Shown here: piece by piece, positions 53,090 through 64,000 of the stretch
How the letters are laid out: each line of letters starts with the position of its first letter
Numbering within the stretch: the first letter of the stretch is position 1
DNA from: Chiloscyllium plagiosum
Lineage: Eukaryota
NCBI RefSeq assembly: GCF_004010195.1
Contig: NC_057711.1
Span: 79,954,566 to 80,018,565, forward strand
Length of the DNA: 64,000 nucleotides
Direction of reading: 5' to 3'
Notes under the pieces: generated by a model
Told to the model about the DNA's origin: nothing
The model's input: only the letters and a program-made list of their open reading frames with translations
Databases searched by the model: none
Made by a program: the position numbers and the translations under genes

Positions 53090-53405
53090 CATCAATGAGT
53101 GCATGAGCAGAAGTTTCCTCCAATTAAATTTTGGGAAGACTGGCATCATTGTTTTCCATTTCTTTTTCAAACTTCATTCCCTAATCAAGAACTCTATTGC
53201 TCTTCCTGACAACAGTTTGAGATTTAGCCAGTCTATTCAGAATCTTAATGGCATGTTCACCACTTCTATAGCATCAGTTCACTTCAGCCATATCTACTGT
53301 TGAAACCATCACCCATGCCTATGTTACATGTAGACTTTAAAGTTTCAAAGCACTCCTGGGTGGTCACCCACATTTATATCTTCTCTAAGATATTGGTCAT
53401 TGTGA
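53090..53405 (+). mobile_element. L2-like LINE fragment
   Basis: MSRSFLQLNFGKTGIIVF...SIQNL, then tgaaaccatcacccatgcctatgttacatgtagactt (ETLIHAFVTSRLD-like). Confidence 0.7.
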
Positions 53406-55558
53406 TTTTCAACCAATGTTAGATATGGTGTACAATTCACTGGATGACACAAACTATCGACCTAGCATTGCACCAGGTTCAAACTCATCATTCATTTCTG
53501 CAGTAGGCAGAATGTTGTTCTGGTTTGATGTCAGCACCCAATTGAAATTGGTTCGCAATAGGCAGGACCTCAACTTGCCAAACAATTCAATCCCCTTTTC
53601 CATTCATTAGAAATTGTAGATTGCTTTGAAATTTGGCATTCTTGCACCTGTCCTGTTCAATGCAAGATGAAAACCATTGTGAACGTGCCTCATTTTTCCA
53701 CAATATGAATCAAAGTTGCTGTTGCTGCTCAAGACAATAGGAAAAGTGATAAAATATATAAAAGGGCAGCAAGCAATGATCAGAGGAATGTTTGCTTCCC
53801 TCCACAAAAATGGGGCCATTCTTTCAAGAGTTAGACCTAATTGAATCTCCAAGTTGAAAGCACATATATTCCTTAATTCAGCACACTTGAAGTTTTGAAT
53901 ACCACTTAGCTTTTGACCCGAGGCAAGGCTCAATTTCCCATCATGTGAGCTGTACTGTGCAAATGTTCAGCTCCATTTACCACAAAGCAGAAATAGACAC
54001 CTGATTCTGCTGCTTTTGCAAAAGCAGCTGGGAATCACAGTCCATTGAATCAGGCCCATTGTAAAGGGTTATTTGAATTCCCTGCTGGTTTACTGCTTGG
54101 CTGCTAGATCACAGGATGTGCATCTGACAGTGATTTGATACAGTTTGACCTATGACCTGCTTTGGAAAACTTCCATGTAAACAGGGCCGAAGAGTGAGCC
54201 TGAATCAATATCTCAGAACTGAATTTGATCTTCCATTAAGGTGCAATAAATATCAATAATGGATCAGCAATGAATCCATGCTGCTTCAAATTATTTGGAA
54301 GACTTCAAATTTAGTTCCTTTTTGATATACTTTGGGTGGCATGCAAACTAAAATGAAGAAATAGCACTGCAGAGAATAATAAATAATGTCAATACCTATT
54401 CCTGTGAATGGTATGTGGTGGGAAATGTTCCAATACTGATATACTTGTTCAGGCACTTTGAACGCAAGTTTCTGACTGTTGTTAATGTGTTTTAAGAATG
54501 TGTTGTGCTCTGATTAAAGGAGAATAATCGGCAGGTTGGATTAATTGTTCTAATGCCATGATTAAGAAATCATTAACCAACTTTTAATCAGCAAGTAAAT
54601 AAACAAGTCAATGAGCAGCATCTTGCTAGTCTTTCTACCATCTCTAAAAACAAACAGTGAGAGAGATGAGAAAAAGTTAAGTGATATTAAATGGAAAGAT
54701 AGGAACAGTTAGTGACTGGGGCTTGGTAACCACAGGGGAAATGATCACAGGGAGGGTTAATTGATTGTTGGGGTGGAGGGTAGGGGCTGGACAGTGGGAG
54801 AATGTGATTGCTGACGATTTTTACAGATCTGCCATGAGAACCTGGGAGGAGAACTTTTGCGAAACACTGTACTTGGAACAATCAGTATTTCTCTACTTAA
54901 GACCATTAATGTTTGGTCAATCATTCAGTTTGGTCAGTGCTCTATAGGGATTTGCCTTCTTTGTCAGATTTAGGTTGGCTGTGATTTGACTAATTTCCCT
55001 TTGTTGAAAATGCTAATCAACTGATACACTGTTGCGTTATTCAAAGATAGTTAGGAACAATGTCATCCTCTACATAATTATCCAAAATGCCGTGTCACTT
55101 AGTAAATTACTAAAGTCTATGTCAATCTATAATAGGTGGTAAGATCTGAGAAGTACATTTGATGTTTGCTGCTGTATCTATGTAAAATAGAGTGATTATT
55201 TTGGACTTGGGATTTATCAGGCATAATATTGACTATTTTTCTTCTCAGATATTAATGATAATACTGTGGATGTCCCATATTTTTGGCTGAAGGATTGATA
55301 CTAGATTAATTAGCCACTTGCTGACATGGAGCAATGAAAACAGGAGGAGAAATATTGAACAACAACTTTTCAGAGAAGAGGTCTACATTTAGCAACTAAA
55401 TGAGGTGCATATAACGAAAAGAATGTTGGTACGATTGTGCAATCTTTCTTCATAAACCCAATCAAACATACCAAGAGAAAATAAATTCATAAAAGCACAG
55501 GCCGCATTCTTCTGGTGATCTTCTATTTTTACTTTCAGTTGAATCCAGTCACTAATAG

Positions 55559-55891
55559 TGGGCGTCACGGTGGCACAGTGGTTAGCACTGTTGCAGCACA
55601 GTGGTTAGCACTGTTGCCTCACAGCGCCAGAGACCCGGGTTCAATTTCCACCTCAAGCGACTGACTGTGTGGAGTTTGCACATTCTCCCCGTGTCTGCAT
55701 GGGTTTCCTTCAGGTGCTCCGGTTTCCTCCCACAATCCAAAAAATGTGCAGGTTAGGCAAATTGGCCATGCTAAATTGCCCATAGTGTTAGGTGTAGGGG
55801 TAATGGGTCTGGGTGGGTTACGCTTTGGCGGGTCGGTGTGGACTTGTTGGGCCAAAGGGCCTGTTTCCACACTGTAAGTAATCTAATCTAA
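55559..55891 (+). mobile_element. HE1-type V-SINE, full length, with duplicated A-box segment
   Basis: Collinear with 12480-12782. 22-bp direct repeat at 55573-55594 and 55596-55617. (TAATC)n tail. Confidence 0.93.
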
Positions 55892-56371
55892 TGATGACCA
55901 TCTTTTAATAAAAACAAATAACAAACAGACTAAGTATATTTTCTTTAAAACCAGATTTTGTTTTAAAACTTAAATAGGAAGAAGAAGGTGAGACTTTTCT
56001 GACTGACATCGAATAGTCTTCTGCTGAAAGAAATTACTTGAGACAAAACTATATAACTGAATCGATAAAATATATATATTTTTAATGTCAATTAATGTCA
56101 GTTAATTGCCAGTATGAAGACAATGTAAATATTTTAATTACTTAAAAGTATTTGTGTCTGTTCATGACAAATCTGAAGAATATCAACCATACAAAAACAA
56201 AGTGGAGACATCTAACCCAGTATTAAAATTGACTAGCAATAAAGTGAGTATAAAGCTGGAATCCTAACTATCATAAGTTTCCATGTTGATAATATTCCTG
56301 GCTGGGGAGGAGACTCCAGCTGTCACAGAATTTTATTTACAAATATTTAAGTTTCTGTTGTTAAGAGTGCT

Positions 56372-56760
56372 TTTCGTGACTCAGTGATAGCACTCAAACC
56401 TCTAAGTTAGAAGGTTGTAACTTCAAGTCCCACTCCAGAAATTTGAGAACCAATTTAAACTGACACTTCAGTGAAGTACTGAGGGAGTAATGTAATATTA
56501 AAGTGCTGTATTTTGGATAAACTATTAAACTGAAGCGTAATATGTTCTCTCAGTGGACAGAAAAGATGGAACTACCTGAAAGAAGAGAATATGAGTTCTT
56601 TCCTTTGCCTTCACTAATATCCATTCTCAAGTAACGCCTATTGAACAAAAATGATCTGGCCATTATTTGTGAGGCCTTAATGTCTATAAATGTCCACAAT
56701 TCCTACATTAGAAGAATGATCTAACCTTTAAAAGTTTGCAATGTTTTGAAAGACTCAACA
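56372..56760 (+). mobile_element. Deu-domain tRNA SINE (SacSINE1-like), old
   Basis: gtgactcagtgatagcactc...ttcaagtcccactccaga...cagtgaagtactgagggag...ctctcagtggac...gaagaga...ttcctacatta matches the recalled DeuSINE layout. Confidence 0.75.
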
Positions 56761-58061
56761 TAAGTCTTATGTTTTTAGATTTTTCTGTTGCATTAATACT
56801 TAGTCCAGAAAATATGGTAACAACATCAGCTACTCTAATGAGCATTAGAATGTCCACACTAAGCTGTCACTGCTTATGTGAGAACATTTTGGATAACCAG
56901 CAAATCAGCAAAAATGATGACAGCCATTACAAAACTGAAAATGTCACCCTGATATGACTTGCATGTTCAAAATAACAGATTATCAGACCTTAAATCATTC
57001 CCCATTAGAAAACATTGGTACCTTTGACATTAAAAGTATGTATATTATATCAGTTATATAGTTTTGTCTTAATACAGCGTTTGTCGGTCTCTTGTTTTTA
57101 ACTTAGAGGAATTCCAGTTATCCAACTTTAGAAATCATGGGATTCTGAAAGAGTCAAAAGTTCTCAGCAGGGTCTACTTTCTTAGAATTACGATCTCTTG
57201 TGGGAATGATAGGATCTAGGGGGATAAATAAAAATAAATTAAATTCATTAATTGAAAATACATGTCAGCATAGAAGCAATAAACATGAGAGATTACATAT
57301 TTCTCAAAAAGCCTCACTCCAGAAAGAAACTCTGGGGTCCACCATAGTCAAGGATTGAACTCAATGTGTATTAATATTCCCTCAGGGACATTTAGGTCTA
57401 GTGTATATCATAATGATAGGGCTGCATTCTGACTCTGCTCTGACTCAATCCTAACAACTTCAAATTAGCTTCATAATGATGTTGGTGCTTGAGTAAAAAA
57501 AGCCCAGATACATGAAAATGGTCACTTCTGGTATGGCCCATATAATATCACTGCAGGGAAGGACATTTTCCAACTTCAACACAATGTTGAAGTGTCATTC
57601 TCAGTAGCATTGAACTTTGTGTCTGGATATTTACAGGTTATTTACAAGTGATATCTTGAACATATGCCATCCATGGGAGCATTTGGGATGTCAAGGAAGT
57701 CATATATCCCAGAAAAGGGAAATACTTCATTTAATAAATTAGCAGGGACAAACAAAGGAGTAGGCATGCAATTCAGCCAAGTCAGCAGGATTCCCAGAGC
57801 ACATCAATTAAACACACATATTTCTAATGACTCCCATGATTATAGTGATATTTGTTTCTTCTTAATTTAACCTTTTTTTAAATCAACCTATTCAGAGGTT
57901 TTATCACACAGGCCTCCTGGTCTGGGGTAGGGACGATACCATTGCACCACAAGAGATGCAAGACCTAAGATTCTTGAAAGATGTGACCATGCCAATACAT
58001 CTTATCAGTGACAATCCACTATACAATTATACCATGTTTGTTAGTGTACTATTGTAGGGTT

Positions 58062-58183
58062 CCTGATGAAGGGGCTTCTGCCCAAAATGTCAATTCTCCT
58101 GCTCCTTGGATGCTGCCTGATCTGCTGTGCTTTTCCAGCAACACACTCTTGACTCTGATCTCCAGCATTGGAGTCCTCTCTCC
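58062..58183 (+). mobile_element. 122-bp solo PLE terminal-repeat insertion with hammerhead-like core and 15-bp TSD
   Basis: TSD TACTATTGTAGGGTT at 58047-58061 and 58184-58198. CTGATGA at 58063-58069, stem GGGC-ttct-GCCC, GAAA decayed to AAAA. Confidence 0.9.
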
Positions 58184-58819
58184 TACTATTGTAGGGTTGT
58201 CTATTGAAAGTCTGAGGCTGGCTGGTCAGGAAAAAGGCTATTTAATGTACACATGACTGATGACATTTCTCTACTGCCTACCACAGGAGTAATGCATGCA
58301 CATATTGAAATCTACAGAGCCCACATGATCTAGTTGGAACAGCTTGTTCAAGCAATTGTTTAACTATATTGCCAACTCAAGGGAAAGGCCCAGAGCAGAC
58401 ACCTGACAGGGTTGTCAAGAGATGGCTTCTCAGCCTCCAGCTTCAAGAAAACTACTTCTTTACCAGCGTGACACCACCATTCTTCAGCGTTGCATCCATC
58501 TGGCAGTATTACCGTCATCCAAACATAAAAGTCCCTGCAAAATATCTTCACTAATATCTTTATCAAAAGTCACAACTAAGAGAGAAACAGAAATGAACCA
58601 TGCACACTTCTGTGGTCACTTCGTGCCTGTTGGCAGATGCTTTTTCCAGTCCAAGTTCTCCTGCATTGAGATGCTGTACTGGCTGCACCATGGCAACTGT
58701 GTGACTTTCATTGAGAGAGACTGCAGATGACCTTGCAGGATATCCCTAAGCGATTCTGGGCCTTAAAAGTCTGACTTTGAACTACGTCACCTTGGTGTGA
58801 GTGACAAACTGAAACACAA

Positions 58820-59192
58820 AAGGTGATCTCATTCAAACATACAAAAGTTTTTCAAAGGACAGCAGGGTAGATATAGTAAAAATGTTTCTCTTGGTTGGTG
58901 AGTAGAGGGAACAGCCTCAGAACAAGAGCCAAGCCATGTAAGATTGAAATAAGAAGGAACTTCTTCACACAGAGGTGGTGAATCTCTGGAATTTTCTATC
59001 TCACAGGGCACCAGAGGATCCATCATTGTATATGTTGAAGATACAATATTGATGAATTTCTAGATGGTTCAAAGCCACCAAGGAGTATGGAGATAGCATG
59101 GGAAAATGGTTCAAAGTGGAACAACAGTCATGATCTCGCTGAATGCCTTAGCAAGTGGCAAATAGCCATCTCCTCTTTCCTACATTCTTATG
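58820..59192 (+). mobile_element. CR1 3' end, degenerate
   Basis: aggtgatctcattcaaacatacaa...ggaacttcttcacacagaggtggtgaatctctggaatt. Confidence 0.8.
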
Positions 59193-59711
59193 TTAGGGAC
59201 ACTAACCAAGTAACTCTGGTGAATATTGAGTTTTTGTTTCATAATCACTATGTCAGTAGACCTTTTTGAGACACTGTATGGTAGTATATATTTTAAAGAA
59301 TCTGCATAAATTATATATTTAATAGCCATGCTCATGAAATCATCTCTGTATTATTGCATGTGGCCTGACAGTATAAAGATTTCAGGCTCCATATTAACTC
59401 GGATGACTTAAGCATGACGTACTAATAGAAGCATACTGCTCTTAGTAACCAAACTGTTTAAAACTGACCATGTGTATGTGAATGTTGTAAGTGTACGTAG
59501 CATCCAACTGTGATAAAGATATGTTGAATCTTTTAATATTGTATCAATGACACCCAGTTTCTCATGTTTTGAGGGATAACATTAGTATTATTGCATCAGG
59601 TAAAATACCCTGATGGAGACAAACCAATATAATAGTTAGCAGCAGAGCCTTCCATTAAAAAAAAGAAAAATACTTCACAATCTCAGTTGCAGAAAACAAA
59701 TTGAAGATCAA

Positions 59712-61536
59712 TTGAACAATTGATGCTAGAACAATTGTGCTAGAAATTTTGGAAAACATTAAGATTGATAAGTCTCCAGGGCCAGACCAGATTTATCCGA
59801 GCCTGCTCCGGGAAGTGAGGAAGGAGGTTGCTAAGCAGCTGGCGAGGATATTTGCCTCCTCACTCTCCACAGGGGTCGTACCAGAGGATTGGAAGGAGGC
59901 AAATGTTGTTCCTCTTTTCAAGAAGGTTATTAGGGAAATGCCTGGCAATTATAGACCAGTCAGTCTTATGTCTGTGGTCAGCAAAGTTTTGAAAAATGTG
60001 TTGCTGGAAAAGCGCAGCAGGTCAGGCAGCATCCAAGGAGTAGGAGAATTGACATTTTGGGCATAAGCTTAAGCCCGAAACATCAATTCTTCTGCTCCTT
60101 AGATGCTGCCTGACCTGCTGCGCTTTTCCAGCAACACATTTTTCAGCTCTGATCTCCAGCATCTGCAGTCCTCACTTTCTCCTAGTCAGCAAAGTTTTGG
60201 AAAGAATTCTGAGGGATAGGATTTATGACTATTTGGCAAAGCATAATGTGATCAAAGGCAGTCAGCATGGTTTTGAGAGAGACAGGTCATGTCTCACAAA
60301 TCTTACTGAGTTCTTTGAGGAGGTGTCAAGACAGGTTGATGATGGTCAAGCAGTGGATGTGGTGTATATGGACTTCAGCAAGGCATCCGCTAGTGTTCCC
60401 CATGGTAGGCTCATTCATAAAGTCAGGAAGTATGGGATACAGGGAGATTTGGCTATCTGGATTCAGAATTGGCTGGCTGACAGAAGGCAGAGAGTGGTTG
60501 TAGATAGCAAGTATTCTGTCTGGAGGTCAGTGTTGAGTGGGGTCCCGCAGGCTCTGTTCTTGGGCCTCTGCTCTTTGTAGTTTTTATAAATGACTTGGAT
60601 GAGGAGATTATGGGGTGAGTTTGTAAATTTGCAGATGACACAAAGGTTGGAGGTGTTGTCGATAATATGGAGGGCTACTGCAGGCTGCAGCGTGATATAG
60701 ACAGGATGCAGAGCTGGGCTGAGAAATGACGATGGTGTTTAACCTGGATAAATGCAAAGTGATTTATTTTGGAAGGTTGAATTTGAATGCTGAATATAGG
60801 ATTAAAGACAAGGTTCTTGGCAGTGTGGAAGAACAGAGGGATCTGGGTGTGCATGTACATAGATCTCTTAAAGTTGCCACCCAATTGGATAGGGTTGGTA
60901 AGAAAGCATATGATGTTTTGGCTTTCATTAACAGAGGGATCGAATTTAAGAGCCGCGAGGTTTTGCTACAGCTCTACAAGTCCCTGGTGAGACCACACTT
61001 GGAAGATTGTGTCCAATCCTGGTCACCCTACTATAGGAAAGATACAGAGGCTTTGGAGAGGGTGCAAAAAAGGTTTACCAGGATGCTGCCTGGACTGAAG
61101 GGCTTGCCGTATGAAGAAAGGTTGAATAAGCTCGGACTTTTCTCTCTGGAGAGAAGGGGGAAGAGAGGAGACTTGATCAAGGTGTACAAAATAATGAGAG
61201 GAATAGATAGAGTCAATAACCAAAGACTTTTCCCCTGGGCAGCATTGACTGGTACGAGAAGTCATAGTTTGAAGATATTAGGAAGAAGGTATAAAGGAGA
61301 TGTCAGAGGTAGGTTCTTTACGCAGAGAGTTGTGAATGCATGGAATGCATTACCAGTTGAAGTGGCAGAATCGAAGTCATTGGGGACATTTAACCGACTA
61401 CTGGACATGCACATGGATAGCACTGAGTTGAGGGGTGCATAGGTTAAGTTACTATATTTTACATTAGGATTAAGTCTCAGCACAACATCATGGGCCTAAG
61501 GCCTGTTCTGTGCTGTAGCTTTCTATGTTCTATGTT
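59712..61536 (+). mobile_element. 5'-truncated CR1 LINE (RT to tail), interrupted at 59992-60184
   Basis: ORFs 59737-60066, 60197-60580 and 60726-61442; FADD near 60630; ttctatgttctatgtt tail. Confidence 0.95.
59992..60184. mobile_element. Fold-back PLE terminal-repeat insertion with 15-bp TSD
   Basis: TSD GTCAGCAAAGTTTTG at 59977-59991 and 60185-60199. Inverted arms about 59990-60062 and 60073-60145 around gggcataagcttaagccc. Confidence 0.92.
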
Positions 61537-62284
61537 ATAATTGCACTGGACATAAATGATTTTGCATAGTCAGCAATATTAGCTTCGGTGACTACAGACA
61601 GCAATACAGGTGTGTAAATATGGCACTGACCATTTGGAAGACACAGAATTTAATCCGGTCCTTTAAGTTGGGAGAAATTTCTAACAGTGCCTTACCTAAA
61701 AATAAAAGGATTGACATTCAAAATACAAGCAAGTTTGAAGGCGACATACCTTTCCTGAGACAGCGATACTCTACCTCTCTCCTGGTGTCTATTTCAAATA
61801 AATGAGTTTCTGCATTGATGTTTGTGAACAAAATCTGCAGTTAAAATGATCCTATTTTTGTGCTAAAAGAAAGAAAAACACAGTTTTAAAACACCAGAAA
61901 GTGGTGTTCTACACTAAAAAGGCTTACCTGTTTTCAGAAGTCATTTGTTTCTATAATTGTCTTTCTTCAAATTGGCATCAAAGCAAATATAAATTATGAC
62001 TGCATCACTCCTTATTTGGTGTGCAGACTACAAGTCTGCAATTTTAAACAAAAAGTCTGTAGTTCTTAAAACAAATCTCTTAAAAGAACAAAGGGCAGTA
62101 AAGGAGCATCAATTAGAAAAATAAAGGGGAACAGAAACAGAAAAGAGAAAATAAAATGAGAAAGAAGCAAACCCAGTAAAAGAAACAAAGAAATGAACTC
62201 TGCTTCTAAAATAACATAAATACCTCCATAAAGAAATGGAAGGCAAACATTTACTTATGGACTAGGTATATAATGAAATCTTCA

Positions 62285-62600
62285 TTGAATTACAAACAAC
62301 ATATACAGTTTTGGTTTACAGATCAAGTGATAGATCATCCTGAGAAAAGAACTCTGAAAGTATTGATTATTGTTGGCAATGCTGGGATTTGCAGAAATAA
62401 CAAATTTGCAATTTCCATTAATAATCATAAAGTTCCAGAAAGGATTTGGAAAGCTTTTGAAGACCGGTTCAAGGTAAAAAGTAGTTTCAGGATTAATAGA
62501 CTTCTACTCATGTCATACAGAAAACAAAGTTAACAGCTGATTGACAAATTAGTCAGCAGGTACCACAGGAAAGAGCATGAATGTGACTTTTTTGAAGAGG
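62285..62600 (+). pseudogene. LTR-retrotransposon (Ty3/Gypsy-like) gag remnant
   Basis: YKQHIQFWF...KVLIIVGNAGI...IWKAFEDRFKVKSSFRINRLLLMSYRKQS*QLIDKLVSR...CDF follows the gag pattern NFR..R..L...Q...E.ID.F..R.....C.F as recalled. Confidence 0.6.
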
Positions 62601-62789
62601 AAATACCAGGAAGACTTCAATTAATGATGACCTCTATACCAGTTGAAGCCTTTGGAATGAAAGCTCTTGGGAAAAGAAATGGAGCCCTGCAGTGATGATG
62701 GAAGTGTGTATGAAGCAATAATGGATGATCAACAACAAATAACTGCTTTAGATGACCACATTCATAAGAAGCTATGAGGCATATGCAGG

Positions 62790-64000
62790 TTGACTGGAAA
62801 ATCAGATTGGTAGTGGACCACAAGAAAAGGAATTTGTAGAAGGTCACTGAGATGGCTTTTTGGAGCAACTTGTGGTGGAGCCCACTAGGGAGCAAGCAAT
62901 ACTGGATTTGATGTTGTGCAATGAGGTAGACTTGATAAGCGAGCATAAGGTGAAGGATCCCTGAGGAGGCCGTGATCATAATATGATTGAATTTACTCTG
63001 CAATTTGAGAGGGAGAAGATAGAATCAGAGGTAACAGTATGACAGCTGAGAAAAGGCAACTACAGAACCATGACGGAGGAGCTGACCAGAATTGACTGGG
63101 AGGGGAGTTAAGCAGGAAAGACAGTGGAACAACAATGACAGGAGTTTCTGGGAGTAATTCAGGAGACACAGCAAAAATTCATCCCTAAGGAAAAGAAGCA
63201 TACTAAAGAGAGGATGAGCCAACCATGGCTGACTAAGGAAGTCAGGGATAGCATAAAAGTAAAAGAGAAAACATGTAATGTGGTAAAGGGCAGTGAGAAG
63301 TCAGAAGATTGAAAAGCCTACAAAGACAAACAGAGGACAATGAGAAAAGAAGTAAGGAGGGAGAAGATTAAATATGAGGGTAAGCTAACCAGTAATATAA
63401 AAAAATGCAAGAGTTTCTTTTGATATATAAAGGCAAAAGAGAGGCAAAAGTGGACATCGGGCTATTGGAATATGATGCTGGAGGAGTAGTAGTGGGGAAC
63501 AAAGAAATGGCTGAGGAACTGAATAAGTACTTTGTTTCAGTCTTCAAGGTGGAAGACACAAGTAATATCCCAAAAATTGAAGAGAGTCGTGGGGTAGAGG
63601 TGAGTATGGTGGCCATCACCAAGGAGAAGGTGCTAGAAAAACTGAGAGATCTGAACGTGGATAAATCATCTGGACCAGATGGGTGACACCCCAGAGTTCT
63701 GAAGAAGATAGCTGAAGAGATATTGAAGGCATTAATGGTGATCTTTCAGAAAACATTGTAGTCAGGGAGGGTCCCAGAGGACTGGAAAATTGCTAATATA
63801 AGCCCACCCCCCTTTAAGAAGTGAGTAAGGCAAAAGATGGGAAATTACAGGCTGATTAGCCTGACCTTGGTTGTTAGTAAGATTCTGGAGTCCATTGTGA
63901 AATATGAGATTTCTGAATACTTGGAAATGCATGGTAAATTAAGGCAAAGTCAGCATGGTTTCATCATGGGGAGGTCATGCCTGACAAATCTGTTACAATT
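62790..64000 (+). mobile_element. CR1 LINE ORF2 (endonuclease end to RT start), runs off the right edge
   Basis: NKEMAEELNKYFVSVF...DKSSGPDG, then WKIAN, NYRLISL, SQHGF, SCLTNL motifs. Same family as 4550-5830. Confidence 0.93.

Noticed and set aside
58360..58730. GC-richer block with overlapping short ORFs as a coding exon
   Set aside because: No recognisable protein similarity and no convincing donor/acceptor pair.
60726..61442. 238-aa ORF as a functional gene
   Set aside because: C-terminal part of CR1 ORF2. The upstream RT is broken by stops, frameshifts and an insertion.
1..64000. CRISPR array, rRNA or prokaryotic operon
   Set aside because: No repeat-spacer periodicity, rRNA similarity or gene-dense structure; the DNA is eukaryotic repeat-rich sequence.

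Overview
Repeat-rich, non-coding vertebrate genomic DNA. The repeat content (HE1-type V-SINEs, HER1/CR1 LINEs, a Deu-domain SINE, Penelope-like elements) points to a cartilaginous fish, probably a shark; this is an inference. I found no host protein-coding gene. Every ORF I could assign is a decayed transposon remnant: Penelope RT/GIY-YIG, CR1 ORF1/endonuclease/RT, L2, Harbinger Myb/SANT-like, or LTR gag. The window looks like a large intron or gene desert. The strongest signal is a dispersed set of very short Penelope-terminal-repeat elements with hammerhead-ribozyme-like cores (CTGATGA-stem-GAAA). Two have exact 15-bp target-site duplications and two are fold-back hairpins. Also present: a tRNA-Gly pseudogene with apparently compensatory stem changes, several nested insertions with recoverable empty sites, a candidate 27-nt microexon, and repeat-free blocks with enhancer-like motif clusters. 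Repeat boundaries were read by eye and are approximate unless a TSD or TIR is given. Family names come from recalled consensus sequences, not database searches.
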